Shown here one piece after another: positions 47,112 to 62,381 of a DNA stretch of 64,000 bases. The stretch's first letter is position 1, and every line of letters starts with the position of its first letter. The notes under the pieces were generated by a model that was not told the DNA's origin, ran no database searches, and was given only the letters and a program-made list of their open reading frames with translations. Source of the stretch: Chrysomallon squamiferum (Eukaryota; Animalia; Mollusca); contig CM022667.1 of NCBI GenBank assembly GCA_012295275.1, positions 11,098,001-11,162,000 of the forward strand. The letters run 5' to 3'. The position numbers and the translations under genes are program-made.

Positions 47112-49515
47112 ATAATTTTAATTTGATTCTGACTTCATTTTCCCCAACATATATTTTGCAGTTGACAGAGCAGTACGTACCATTACTTTTAATACAATCA
47201 ACAGGTTGGACTGCGGGACTAAAAATGGAACCCACTGTCCACTGCATATCAAATGACCGCTACACCGGGCATTATCTTGCATTATGAAATCATTCAGTGA
47301 CGGTCACCACGAACATTCCAAAAGCTTGACCGTTGTACATCAGATACACAAAACAAGGTGAGCTTTGTTTTCTTACGTCCACTACAGAGAGAGCCCCCAC
47401 CCCCCCCACAGCGGTCACTTGTGGGTCAAATGGCGGAGAATTACCGTGAAGCCAATTAGTTTTGTATGCGAATGAAATTAGTTTGACTTTCAAGACGTGA
47501 TTGGAGATTTTATACGGCAATTCAGAGGATAGACTGGAGATGCATACATAAGCCTCGAGTTTTGTGCAGTGTGGCGTACCGGAATACAGAGGTTCTGCAC
47601 TACAGAGGCAGAGCGTGGAGTCAAGAACAGTAATTTAATGCTTTAATAAATTCACAGGTTTTGGTTGTTTTGATTTCGATACGTGATGTATTACACCCCT
47701 TTTGGATTTAAAATATCCTGAAATGCTAACTATACACGTACTTCTATGGAATGAATTTTTTCTTTGTTATTTGTTTTTCTTCATATTTTTATGATATCCA
47801 AGAGATAAAGCTCTGTGACAGTCACTCGTTAACGCCAGGACAGACAAAGTTTTGCGAATATCAGAAAATAGTTACAACAGACGACAACGTACAAATAACC
47901 GAATTACAGCGTCTGCATTGATACTACTGCCGATCCAACAACAACAACAACAAACAACCATAACAACAGCAAGAACTACTACAACTATTATTGAAATTAC
48001 CACCTCTACTACTAATTCTGCAATTACTGCTACTAACACTGCTTGATACTTCTAATGATAATAAAAGTAGTAGTAGTAATAAGAACAATAATATATGTAT
48101 GTATGTATGTTTGTATGTATGTATGTATGTATGTATGTATGTATGTTTGAATGTATGTATGTATGTATGTATGCATGTGTTATTTTATTCTAGTACAGAC
48201 AAAATGGTTATTGGTAATTTCAATTGTTTTGCGAACAAGTTTGACTTTTCATATAATTTAAAATTTCACTGTTAACTTTTTCTTTCCTTCGTCCATTGAT
48301 ATAAAACAGAATAAAATAAAATTAAAATATAATAATAAATATTAATGAAAATAAAAATAAAAGTAATAATAGTAAAGTTAAATTACAATAAATAGAAACA
48401 GTTAGAAATAAAAATAGAGGGGAAAAAAATGAAGAAGAAACGTACAGAAATTCTAATGACAAGGAAATGAAAATAATAAAAAAATTATTAAAAAATTGCA
48501 AAAAAAAAAAAGAAGAAAAACAGATTGCAAACAAGTCAAGATAATAATGGAAATGGTTTGGGCGAAATTAGTTAAATATTTTATATTGACTTTTCAGTAA
48601 AAGATCTTAATATCTTTTGAAGAAGAGGAAGTAGCTAATAAAAATAAGGTGGGTTTTTTTTTTCACGTTCATAACATTTGAGTCGACTTGAAGATATTGT
48701 TAGAATTTCCCCTGATGCGGTGAGTTCATTTATTGACTTTTATTTCAAGTTCTTAAAATTTATATTTATTGAAAGAATGTAGAGAATGTACGGAAAACAG
48801 AATAATGAAATAAATAAATAAAGAAAGAAAGAATGAAAGAAAGAAAGATAGAAAGAAAGAAAGAAAGATAGAAAGAAAGAAAGAAAGAAAGAACAAATAT
48901 ATCGTAGAATAGAAAAAAAGTCTTAATTATGATAATCATAAAGAATAATAATTTTAAATAAAAGTTGATTTTAATGCCATAATAATACTATTAATAATGA
49001 TTATGATAATAATAATGATGACGATGATGATCATGATGATAATTAATAAACAATTAATATTATTCTAACATGTATGTTTGACATCCATTTAAGAAATGAG
49101 CCATATCTCTACCAAGTCAACCAAACAATAGCTAGAGTAGACACACAGTTTTAGTGTTGGTTGATAAAGAGTTAACTGCTTCAGGGATCATTAAACACGT
49201 GAAAAACCTCACTGATTATTAATTTGGTGCGTCGACAATTACTTCAAATCACAGTTTCAAATGTCGTGCATGATTAAATCTGCGTTTTCGTATTAAACAG
49301 AAAATGAATGTCAGACAGTAACTCACAACAACATCAACAGCAGCAGAAGCAACAACAACAACAACAACAACACCAATAACAACAACAACAACAACAACAA
49401 TAACAACAATAATAATAATAATAGTAATAATATTCATTATGATGATCAAGACGATTATGATAAATTCAGAAACAAAAATAAATTAATAATGAACGAATGA
49501 ATAAAAATGAATGAA

Positions 49516-49554
<39 letters not shown>

Positions 49555-51270
49555 AACAAATAAAATAAAAAATACAATGTAATCGATGGGACATCAGTCT
49601 TTTCCGAATGTTTTGGTAATCACCAAGTTCAGTAGAGTTGTCTCCCCTAAATAAAGACAGTCCATTGCTCTCCTTTTCAAGGAATCAAATAAATAACTAT
49701 ACACACAATAACAGTCCTAATAATAATTGATATTTGCAGTTTCATTTCAGTGGATAAACGGTCATTAGTTAGAATGGTTCGTATCACAGCTTAATGTTTC
49801 TTTTCTACATTTTGTCGACGTTTATATCGTAAATACTTTTTTGGTACCTAAATAAACGTTATTTAAAACACTACATTAAGCAAGACGGCACTGATAATGT
49901 ACTTAGCCAGAGAAGGTTATGAGATTTTACTTGAAACGGTATGACTTGTTTGGGGGGTGTAGAAATCTCTATCATGTTATGAAATGAATTATGAAATAAG
50001 CCTCAGTCTGTGGTGGTTATTTAGAACGATGACAAATTAACCGAACGCAGCAGAATGAAAAGGGATATAATACTGTGCGTAATTAACTTATTTTTTTCCC
50101 GTTTATTTATCGTCCACCCTTCTATCATCCATCCATCCATCCATCCATCAGTCACTCTCAGTCAGTCTTGCTGTGTGTGTGTGTGTGTGTCTGTCTGTGC
50201 ACCTATCTATCTCTCTAGCTATCTACCTATTTGTCTATCTGTCTGTATATATCTCTATCTGTCTATCTATCTGTGACTTTCTGTCTTTCTCTCTGTCAGT
50301 CTTTCTGTCTACCTATCTATCTATTCATCTATCTCACTATCTCTCCATCTATTCTAATCTGTCTATCAAACTACTTACTCTGATACATGATAAATTTTGC
50401 GGGTTTCGTTCACAAAGATGAACCTATTCTTCACGACAGAGATTTCAAATTCTCGTCAACAAAACTTTCTATTTTCATGTAACTCGTGGAAAGATAAAGC
50501 TAAAAATTTAATTTACTTTAGCTGCAAACAGATCTTCCCAGGTGGTTTATCTTTTTACATTTTCCGTCAGAACGAGATGTTGATTTGGAGATCGTGTAAC
50601 TTGCTCATCACGAGAAAAATGTTACCTAACAAGTTTCAAATCGCCGATATTCGTGTTGTTTTTTAACTAATAAACTTACATTTCGTTCAAGAGTTTAAGG
50701 ATGGTAAGCCACATTTTTTTTTTTTTTTTTTTTTTTTTAAGAAAGAGGAATTAAATAAATGCATTTACAGACTCTGTATTTATAAAATTTCTGAAATGGA
50801 TAACACCAGTGTAGATGGACACTTTTTAACAAGCACTCGTAAAATTTACAAAATCTGATTAGCGAAAAAGAGATTTGGTTGCCAAGTGAAAATAACAGCG
50901 GCTAATACAGAGAGAAAGAAAGGGACAGACAGTGAGAGCGATACAAACAGAAAAATACACAGACAGAGAGACAGAGACTGATTTAGATATTTTGTCAGGA
51001 AAATAGAGTGACACACAGACAGGCAACCGACCGGAAGAAAAGAGAGATAGAGATAAGCAAATATACAGATAAAAGTTCTTTAGAAAGATAAAATAAGAAG
51101 AAAAAGGATTTAAAGAAGATAACTTGTTTACTTATTGATCAAACCATCTAATTCACAGTATTAATTATATGTTATTAAACGTGGTATAGAAACAGCCTTG
51201 CTGTAATAACAACAACAATAATATCAACAACAACAACAACAACAACAACACAATAATAGTAGTAGTAGTG

Positions 51271-51306
<36 letters not shown>

Positions 51307-51378
51307 ATAAGAATAATAATAATAATAATAGCAACAACAGTAACGACAATAATAGTAATAATGTTAACCTTAATAACC

Positions 51379-51437
<59 letters not shown>

Positions 51438-51528
51438 CTACCTGTTCACGTTCTTATATACGGCCAACATAATGTTTCTTAACGTTCCATCTATATATTC
51501 CGCCTTTCCTTTTGCTAAGCTGGATGTT

Positions 51529-51564
51529 TTACGTCATAATTGAAATAATGCCAATGACGTCATT
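51529..51564. promoter_or_regulatory. Paired CRE-type sites ~1 kb upstream of the 52.5-kb island
   Basis: TTACGTCA (51529-51536) and 12-bp palindrome AATGACGTCATT (51553-51564). Confidence 0.45.
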
Positions 51565-51817
51565 TCTTTTCTTATTTGATAATACTTTACCCTATGGTTT
51601 ACACATCATTGATTTTTGAAATGTCACTTAATTTATCGTTTGTTCTTTGTTTTCGTTTCTATTCAAGTGGAAAATAGATTGTTTAGAAGTACGAAATGTG
51701 CGAATAGGAGAGGAAATCTAATTAAGTCTTACGTAAGATGTATTAGCATAGCTGTAAGTGTTCATATATTTTTTTATAAATTTTATTTTCTTGCTCCAGG
51801 CTCCATTTTGTTTCTTG

Positions 51818-51872
<55 letters not shown>

Positions 51873-52376
51873 TGTTTCTTTTTACTATTTATATTCTTTT
51901 TCATATATGATGATGATGTTGATAATAATTTCTTCATGTTGGACTGTATCTGTATCTGTATATCTATCTATCTAGCTATCTATTCATCTATCTGTCTATT
52001 TATCTATGTATGTATGTATGTATGTATGTATGTATGTATGTATGTATATATGTATGTATCTATTTATTTTCAAAACAGCTTTATTTATTCTAAATTTAAA
52101 ACAAGAATTCTATTCAAACCTTTCAAATTATTATTTAGTATTACTTGAATAGATAAATAAATAAGCAACAACAACAACAGCAATAATAATAATAATAATA
52201 CGATAATAATAATAATAATAATAATAATTATTATTATTATTTTAAGGACAATTCTAGTAATAACAATAACAAATAACAACAACAACAACAAAGCTAGTAA
52301 TAATGGTAGTAGTAGTTGTTACACTACTAGTAAAACAGTGGCAAATAAATAAATAAATAAATAAATCAGTAAAAAT

Positions 52377-52451
52377 CCATGTAGGTGAATCGATCTCAGG
52401 ACCCTGGCCTCGCAAGGAGGGAATACCTCACCACTCGAACTACCTACTTGG
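52377..52451 (-). pseudogene. Degenerate tRNA-like Pol III element (tRNA pseudogene or SINE head)
   Basis: Minus strand: A-box-like TAGTTCGAGTGG, B-box-like GAGATCGATTC, terminal stem ccaagtagg/cctacatgg, 75 nt long, TTTTT just downstream; T-arm and anticodon arm do not fold properly. Confidence 0.55.
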
Positions 52452-52459
52452 GCGTGTTA

Positions 52460-52935
52460 ACTGCGGCGACAAAAGAAACAAAATGGCGGCGAGTCAAGAG
52501 TTCATCGTTTTCATCGAAACCTCGCAGACGGCAACATGTGCATGCTGATTAAAACTGCCGTCGTCGTCGTCGTCGGAGAAGGAGGAGCGGTCGCTTGTAA
52601 CCAATCTGCAATGGACGGACGGCGGGCAGGGGTCAGAAGCGACGCAGTGTTCTGAATCTGTTCACCAACTGCTCGAGCCTTTCTCTGCTGTTTCCGGGTT
52701 CTTATCTCGAGATTTGTGTGCCCCTTTTGTCTGATTCTGCTCGTGATGAAGGAGGTCAGCTGAATCGCTCAGATGTGTGTGTGTGTGACGTAGTCAACGG
52801 GTTCATCGCCCGTCGTATTTCAGACTTGTCGCGCGCCGATGTCGACAAGCTATTCGGTCAAAGTTTACAAACAGCTACTCGAGAGCGAGTTCTGAATAGA
52901 ACTCTATGGAGTTCGCGAGAGTATGGACGGGAGAG
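52460..52935 (+). promoter_or_regulatory. Promoter-like CpG island with putative 5' UTR exon
   Basis: YY1-type CAAAATGGCGGC 52479-52490, CCAAT 52601, GGCGGG 52621, Inr-like GCAGTG ~52644; high GC and CpG ending abruptly near 52940; strand assignment tentative. Confidence 0.5.
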
Positions 52936-53276
52936 TAATTAATTTTTGTGTCTTTCCCCCGACAAAACAAGTGTTTTCGATTATTTCGAAGATTTTGCGC
53001 TTTGTAGATGAGAGAGTAAAGGTTATAGAATATGGCCGATCGTTTTGTTAATTAATTAATTTTTTTTTTTTTTTTTTTTTAATATTTTATTTTACTTCAC
53101 TTTACTTTTTTTGAAGAGTACCACTGCAGAATTAAAAGCGGGATATGAATTAGAAATAAGAAGACAACAATGTGAAAGTAACCATTAAAATAAATTGGAA
53201 TATTAAGAATAGATTACTAATGTTACACAAGAATAGTAATACTAGAAGTAGCTGTTGTAGTCCTAGTAGCAGAAGT

Positions 53277-53410
<134 letters not shown>

Positions 53411-54352
53411 CCTAATATTTCTGCATAGTTTTCAATACACAGTATTTAAATACAGAAGTGAGAGAATGGGAAAATTTCAATATTCTTCCATCTTCATCAA
53501 TTTCCTTCACGACTCTATGGCGTTATTGCCATTGTATTGTGGCAGTCCTCTTGATCGGAGTCATCAATCAAACTAAATATAAAAATTCTCTCGATCTGCG
53601 TCGATAGCTCTGCTTTCATGATTTTTCAGTGGCGTTCTCTGATGTCTGTTTTACGACAGAACAATTAGATTTTTATCTCTAATGTGCACATAAGCGGTGA
53701 TTTGATTTTTTGATATTCCTCTGTCGAACATTCAAATTAGATGTTTGCGCCGAAACAGTTCGACCGGCGGTAAATGGAATTTTAACTCAAAATTCAGTTA
53801 GCTGTGAACATATGATGGAAATAACGACGATAAATGGATAAAATAGAGAACTAAATTAATCAGATTAAAATTCTTGCACATACGTATGATTGAAATGGTT
53901 TTCGTTATTGGAAGATGCAAAAAATAGTTGCTTATTCTGAAACAGCAAAATGACTGTTTAAATTGGACGGACTGTTGAAATTATTAATAACAGTAAAGTA
54001 AAGAAAAAATATATATAAATACACAAAAAGAAACCACTTTATTATATAATGTTACTGATGTCTGAAGATTCTAATCACATTTTTTTTTTCTCTAAATAAG
54101 ACATTAAAGTAAGGCGTTGAAAAATGTCAAATTTCATATACATAAAAAGGAATTTGCAAGGAGAGGAGATTTTTACGATGTACTAAACAAGTCAAATAAT
54201 TTGAATTAAGAAGTTTAACATTACTCTGTGGAAATTATGTTTCCACTCATTCTGACATGTAACTGTAAGGAGAAGGATAAGAGACAGTTAAATAAAGTGT
54301 CTGTCATATTTATGTACGTGTGTATCTGAAAGGGAAAATAAAAAAGCGAGAG

Positions 54353-54356
<4 letters not shown>

Positions 54357-54439
<83 letters not shown>

Positions 54440-54660
54440 CATACAGGGAGATAGACAGAAAGACAGAGACAGAAAGACATACAGAGAGAGAGAGAAGCAG
54501 AAATATAGAGAGAGACATACAAACAGAGAGAGAGAGTGAGAGAGAAACAGAAAGACAGAGAGATATATATAGATAGAAATAGCGAGAGAGAGAAAGAAAA
54601 GACGTACAGAGATTGACAGAGAAACAGAAAGAGACAGACACATACAGAGAGAGAGAGAGA

Positions 54661-54752
<92 letters not shown>
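54357..54752. repeat. (AG)n tracts with degenerate AG/ACAG core
   Basis: Read directly from sequence. Confidence 0.95.
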
Positions 54753-54756
<4 letters not shown>

Positions 54757-55589
54757 ACGTATACACGAAGAAAAATATTATCATACTGCACAGAACTAAA
54801 TTAAAATATTCAGGTTGTTTAACACATTAGATTCTAAACTGCAGACTTACAAACAGATGATGGGGGTCTCTGACCTTTATCCGCTTTGTTATCGTGCACT
54901 ACCGTTTAAATTCTGTCGCCATTAAAACTGCCGCCACAGGTCTAGCATGTGCCAAAACGATTTGAAATTAGTTCTTCGTGCATGCCAATAGATCTCCATG
55001 GGCTTAATTCCTTGTTTTGTAGGGGAATTTGCATATTATGAAATATCCATAACTGTTATTGTCTGTAGTCGCGAAGTCCAAATGGCTGTAATATGATTGC
55101 GTGGTTTTTGGCTCAGAGAGGAAATGCTGTCAATCTCCGACTGATATTAGCTTTCTCTCTGATTTTTAAAAATCACTGGAGCCTGCTGAAGTACGTGAAG
55201 AAAACAGCTCCCTTAGCTACTCAAGTCAGCGACATTGTGGTTTGTGTTCCCATTACCAGTAATGTTTTCTGTTTTATTTTGTTTATTTTTATTTCATTTC
55301 ATTTCATTTTATTTGATTTGATTTTTATTTGTGTATGTGTGCGTGTGAGTGTGTGTGTGTGTGTGTGTGTGATATTGAATAACCGTTGCTAATGAAACTG
55401 TACTAAAGTGTCGTTAATCAAATATTTATTCGTTTCTTTCATTCAAAATCATCTTGACTGAAATCTAGTCAAACAACAGATCAGATGTAAAGAAAAAAAC
55501 TCAGACAGACAGACAGGCAGACAGACTGAGATAGCACATTACACGACACACTTGTATTTAACTAAAACTAGTTTATTATTACTCGCAAA

Positions 55590-56280
55590 AGATCGCCGTA
55601 CATTCCGACACTAATGAACCAAACCGGACCTGTCATTTCGCCATTTTTCCACCACCACCCCGCACTTTCATTTCTCGACGTCACCAACGTTGTTTACGTG
55701 GCTTCCAGCACAATCTAAACGACAGCATAATTCTCGAAAACTCGGACACAACCGGGGCAGTTTATTAAACCGTCCTCAACGATCGCAATATTTTATGCGA
55801 CGCAACTAAAAACCCTTACCGAACTATTAAAGCGAATGTACAACGCGGCGAAAACGACAATAAAAAATAAAATCATGCCGGGACATCGCGCTTCGCGATT
55901 GAAAGAGAGAGAGAGAGAGTCACATCGAGTGTGGGGGTTCGACGAAGTAATTCCGATCAAACAAATGCTCCCATTCTGTTCCACTGAGTGCCGCTTTTAC
56001 CATTCAAACATTGAGCGTTTCGAGGCAAAAGGTCGCGCAAATCGATGGAAGGTCGAAGCAAAGTGTCCGGCATGAATGGAGCATTCTCAATCAAGAATAT
56101 TAAAGTTTGATAGAAAGTCGTCCACGCGTGAAGTTGCGGTAAAATAGCGCCGAGTTAAACGCGGGTCTTTTGACCGAGGCGATTGTAGGAGAATTTTGGC
56201 GAAATTTGCCGATGCAATAAACTACAGCGCATGTCATTTTTGACTGTCGAAGCGTTTAAAACATATAACATTGCGAGGCG
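55590..56280. promoter_or_regulatory. CpG-rich unique island (putative enhancer or promoter)
   Basis: Dense CG dinucleotides, reverse YY1-like CGCCATTTT at 55639, inverted repeat atcgcg-ctt-cgcgat 55885-55899; ORFs here not recognisable. Confidence 0.3.
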
Positions 56281-57095
56281 AAAATAAAAATAAAAAGAAA
56301 AAAAAAAAAAAGGTTTTTTTTTTAAGTTTTTTTTGTACAAACATCGTCAAAGGATGTTTTTCTTTTCCAGACTCTTTATTTCATTTCATTTTTAAATTTT
56401 TGTCTTTATTATTATTATTATTTCTTCTTCTTCTTCATCTTCTTCTCTTCTCTTTTTTTTTTTTGTCTTGGTTTGGAACTGACTGAAGATCGTAAAACTG
56501 ACTGTTGATTTGATAAATCGCTGTTTGTGTTTCTGTTAATACAAACTGTTCAGTGACAGTCTACGTCATAATCACGTGAAAGACAGACACACACACAGAC
56601 TTACAAACAACTTAAACTCATCTTGCCGAATGAAGATAATGTATTTACTTTTTAAAAAATAAAAATGTTCCGATTCCATTCTCAATATGATTTTATAGTT
56701 TTTGTTTTTCAAAGGAGACAAACTTTTATAATAAATTTTAAAATACCTTGTCTGTGATATTCTTTATTAAAAATATGACTGTATATCTTATTTTAAGTAG
56801 AAATATTTATATTTGTTATGATATCTATTCTTACACATCTATATTAGATCTGTGTTCTGATCTAAATCTAATTAATATATGTAATCCTATATTTATCTCT
56901 TATGACAGCTAATATATAATTAGGTGATGTTTGGGACAATCGTTCATTTTGTTCATGTCCCTGTTTGTATAACTTAATGTTATAAAGAAATAAAGATGTG
57001 GAAGTGTTTTTGAACATAGAAGAGAAACAGTCAGACAGAGAGAGACCATAATGATGATGTCTAGCCGTTTCTTTAATTGTTTATTTCATCGAGTA

Positions 57096-57098
<3 letters not shown>

Positions 57099-57188
<90 letters not shown>

Positions 57189-57390
57189 AATTATTTCTCT
57201 CTCTCTCTCCCCGATTATCTCTCTCTGTCTGTCTCTCTGTCTCTCTCTGTCTGTCTGTCTCTCTCTCCCAATTATCTCTCTCTCTCCGTCTGTCTGTCTG
57301 TCTATCTCTCACTCAGTTATCTCTCTCTGTCTCTCTTTCTCCGCCTGTCTGTCTGTTTGTCTGTCTCTCCCTCCCTCCCTCCCTCTCTCT
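57099..57390. repeat. (CT)n/(CTGT)n array with recurring ccaattat-like interruptions
   Basis: cccaattat, cccgattat, cccaattat and cagttat interrupt the tract, indicating internal duplication. Confidence 0.9.
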
Positions 57391-58233
57391 GTATGTGTGT
57401 GTATATGTCTTTCGTATCTGCTACACACACGTCACAACAAACGGAGGTAGTGATCAATACTATTTACACTCTGACACTGAGAGCTGGGAACATTCTCTAA
57501 CATCTTGTCGGTTCTGCGGTCACTAAGTGATCTGCCTATTGAAAATAAGAGTCGAAGCGTAGTCCTGAAGAACTCAGACCCTCTCAGTCGTAACAACAAG
57601 AGCTATTTCAGGAAACACACAGAGATTTTTTAGATTCTAATAATTGGGTAATATTTATAGAACAGTTACTAGATATAGTTTCTAGTACGAACAGTTAAAT
57701 TTTGACGAGGTACGAGATCCGTGCTTGTAAGAAGAACAGTTTTTGTTTCCTGGTAAAGAATTATCCAACATTGTGTCCTGTTATCTTAACGGCCTTCGTT
57801 TATTTTTTCATTTTTTGAATATTTATAATTCCACCGAGATATGGAATCGTTTGTATATGTTAGCTGAATTACTATGTATTCTACAACCATTATTTTATAG
57901 CCATTGTAATAAAACATGTTTTCATAAAAAAATTTCTAAGCAAAAAAAAAAAAAAATAATAAAAAATAAAAATAAAAAGTAAAATTTTTTTTTTAAATTG
58001 TTGATAAATGAAGCGATATTTTGAAATAAATAATATTATTAATTATTTGTTTCTTTGTTTATTAATTTTTTTTAAAATAGTTTTTAGATTTGTTTTCTAT
58101 TTTTATTATTATTTTTCATTCCTCTTTCTTTCTTTCTTTCTTTCTTTCTTTATTTCTTTCTTTCTTTCTTTCTTTCTTGTATGACTTCTTACTTTCATTC
58201 ATTTTTTCTTTTCTTTTTTTTTTGGTCCCGCAG

Positions 58234-58248
58234 ACAGACAGTGAGACG
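58234..58248 (+). other. Candidate 15-nt frame-preserving micro-exon
   Basis: Long polypyrimidine tract then cccgcag|ACAGACAGTGAGACG|gtaagc; open in two of three frames. Confidence 0.25.
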
Positions 58249-58457
58249 GTAAGCAGATATTTTAATCTGACTGCTCTGAAAAACGAAACATAATATTTCT
58301 TCTGGGATCACAGCAGATTCAGTTATGTTAATATTGATCAGCTGGGATCAATACACAGCACTTGTTACACTTCAGTGTGAGTCTTTTGATTTCCGTGTTT
58401 TGACATAATTGTGAGTCTCTCTGTATCATATAGGTAAACATGTTGTCTTTGTCAGTA

Positions 58458-59251
<794 letters not shown>

Positions 59252-59437
59252 AAGAAGAAAAAAAACTCTTTTCAAGTGTATAATTTAAGAAGTCTGGAAG
59301 AAAAAAACTGTACATCACTCTATTACTAAGCAGCAATCCGCAGAGACAGAAACGCCGTTAAGCTGTAATAGTTCTGTCGTTTTAATTTTAACCCATCCTT
59401 AAAAAACATTAATTATCTTGTCCTCAACACGTCAGGG

Positions 59438-59496
<59 letters not shown>

Positions 59497-60279
59497 ACAA
59501 GAATAACAGTAATAAAAAAAACCTGGGGAATAATAAAAAAAAAATCCATTAAGTTACTACACATTTGTACTTTTCGTTACCCAAACACGACATCCTTTAA
59601 AAAAGACGAAACTGCTGAAATATTGTCCCGCAGGGTCGGACGGCAAATTTGCGCGGAACAAGTCTACAAAGGGTAAATTAATTTGTCGACCGTACACAAA
59701 TGAAACGAGCAATGCCTCTTTCATCCCCAAAAGACGATTTGCGTTGAACGCATTAGGCAAGATAAATTGGCTATCTTTCAGCGCTTATACCTCGCTCGCT
59801 GCTGGACTGAGGGAGACGTATGCGTCGTAGAGGTTGTTACGTCGCATGCTCGGAGGCGCTCGAGAAAGCCGAGGATTTGTTAAAAATTTCTCAGCCGGAC
59901 TGGTGTGAAAATCAATCAGAGGTTTTGTGCTGTGAAACAAACAAAGAAATGAAGTAAAAGAAACTAGATATATATATATGTAAAATATAATAATAAGAAG
60001 AAGAAGAAGAAGAAGAAGAAAGTTGTGGTATTGATAGCAGACAGCAAGCGGGGGTAGATTTAGTTCATGATTAAAAGAAAATGTTTTTTTTTTAATACGT
60101 TATAAAAAATGTAAATGAAGGAGATATTTTAGTCTGTGTCTTTGTCTGTCTGTGTCTGTCTGTCTGTCTTGTCAGTCTGTATGTCTCTCTCTCTGTTTCT
60201 GTTTTCAGTCTCTCTGTGTCTGTCTGTCTGTCTGTCTGTCTCTTTCTTTTTCTCTCTGTCGCTGTCTCTCTTTCTTCTA

Positions 60280-60357
<78 letters not shown>

Positions 60358-61557
60358 AGGTGTACGTATCTCTTTGATTTTCTCAAGTGTATGTATCTTT
60401 CAAACTGTGTATGAATGCATTTATCTGTCCGTCTGTTTTTCTGTCGTGTACCTATTTACATACACATATGTCAAATGTTTCACATGCTGATCAAACAAAC
60501 GTATTAGAAAAGCACGATCGCATTCAGTACAGAATCCAAATTAAGGACAATAATACATTTAATCATTAACATACTGGTTACAAGAAAGTAGTCGCTGAAT
60601 GTATTAAATTTAGCCAATTGGATTTGCCGGCTACCGGTAATGAGATTCGAGCATGCGTCTAATAAATTAGACAGTCTTCATTTATTCATTATAATATTAA
60701 CAAACTGATATTTACGCTTTTTAATTAAAACATCAAGTTGATATTTACTCCGTGTATTTCTGTTACAGATCTAGAAACTGGATGCTGGCAATAGCTTGTG
60801 TCAGTCTCCGATTCAGGTTATCTCATCAAAATAAAACAAATGGTATGTCTATTAGAATTCTATCAAATTGATCAGAGATGTAACCCATGCTAAATAGTTA
60901 ATTCTTTCGATATGAATTTTGTTAAGAGAAGATACTTATATGAGATAATTACAGTGTTTGCAAATTAATCATAGAAAAAAACAAAAAAATTGAAATTTGA
61001 AATCATAAGGTGTCGAGTGACGATCCCAGAATCTTACACACACTGGACATTAAATAACTTGACCGTTGGTCATTTGTTGAAGAATATGAGTCAACAGCTT
61101 GATGACACACTGTGCCAGTTCAGCTTGGCACTGTTGTACAGTTCTCATTTCGCGATGACTCGAAGCAATTTTGATAAAGAGACCACATTTCCTACAAGAG
61201 GACATTGATTTATATACCCATCATATCAGTCCAGATCGGTCTTGACGAAAGAGATATTGATACGAGAGATTTGCAAACATATTACATCTGTTATCTCAAA
61301 CAACACGCAGCTCGCCTGTTCGTACGCATGTATTGGTTACAGATTCGGCTCTCGGGGAGTTCGCGGTAACAAGAGGCGCGTTTTGCAAGAGCTGTCATGT
61401 GTTAGAGTTGATTTGTTGCGTAGGTCGATTCTGAATGAGTTCTGTTGTAGCAGTATGGTTCTATCTGCGTAACATATTTTTTTTCTCTATTTTTTGTTTG
61501 TTTTTTTTGGCTGTTTTTAGTTACTATGTATGATTTTCAGTCTGAAGGGACAAACTT

Positions 61558-61612
<55 letters not shown>

Positions 61613-62289
61613 TTTTAAATTCTGTTTACTGTTCTACAGTTTTCGTTTTGTTATTAATGTTATTCTTCTTCTTCTTCTGGTATTTTTCTTCTTGAACATC
61701 TTCTTCTTCTTCTTCTTCTTCTTCTTATTATTATTATTTCTTTTATTATTTAAAATCTAAATATTAAAAAGTTCGATTGAAAAAATATACATTACTATTT
61801 AGAATAAAAATGAAAGAGAGAGGGTAAAACTTTCACTCTATTTATTTATTTATTTCTGATTTAAAAAAAGAAATAACAAACATATAAACTATACGTAATT
61901 AACAATATACAAGCGTATGCGTGCAACTGCACGCCCACATTTACACACGCACACAATCACAAACACGAAAACAACTAAATTACCAGTAATGAAAAACTTA
62001 ATCACTTCACCCTAACCTAACTCCAGTGATTTTTCCTATTCCAGACAACACTCATTGCTGCAAATTGGCCTCGGAGACGAGTAACAAATTGATAAGTTAA
62101 TGGAAGTGTCCGCCATGCAAGACATTCGTCCGGACGTATCAATTAGAGAGCGTGATTAGCAGTCTTGAAGAGACTGCTGCATCGTCTGCCTGACGTTGAC
62201 AGGCGCATCCTCTCTGCTGGCGACACGAGCACCCACTACTGATCCAGTTGTCTGTTGAGGGTTGCACTGCGTTGTTCAGGTCGCTGCGG

Positions 62290-62340
62290 AAGCGGCGTAA
62301 AGCGTCGTGGGTCGTGGGTTCAGTCCTCGCTGAGGCGGCG
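62290..62340 (+). mobile_element. Possible degenerate tRNA-derived SINE head
   Basis: agcggcgtaaagcgtc resembles an A-box/D-arm region and ggtcgtgggttcagtcc resembles a B-box; no body, tail or target-site duplication seen. Confidence 0.25.
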
Positions 62341-62381
62341 AAGTGTGAAGGGGCTGCTGCCGTTTAATGATTACAAGTTTT

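Noticed and set aside
62010-62020. ccctaacctaa telomere-like repeat
   Set aside because: Only two units; not an interstitial telomeric array
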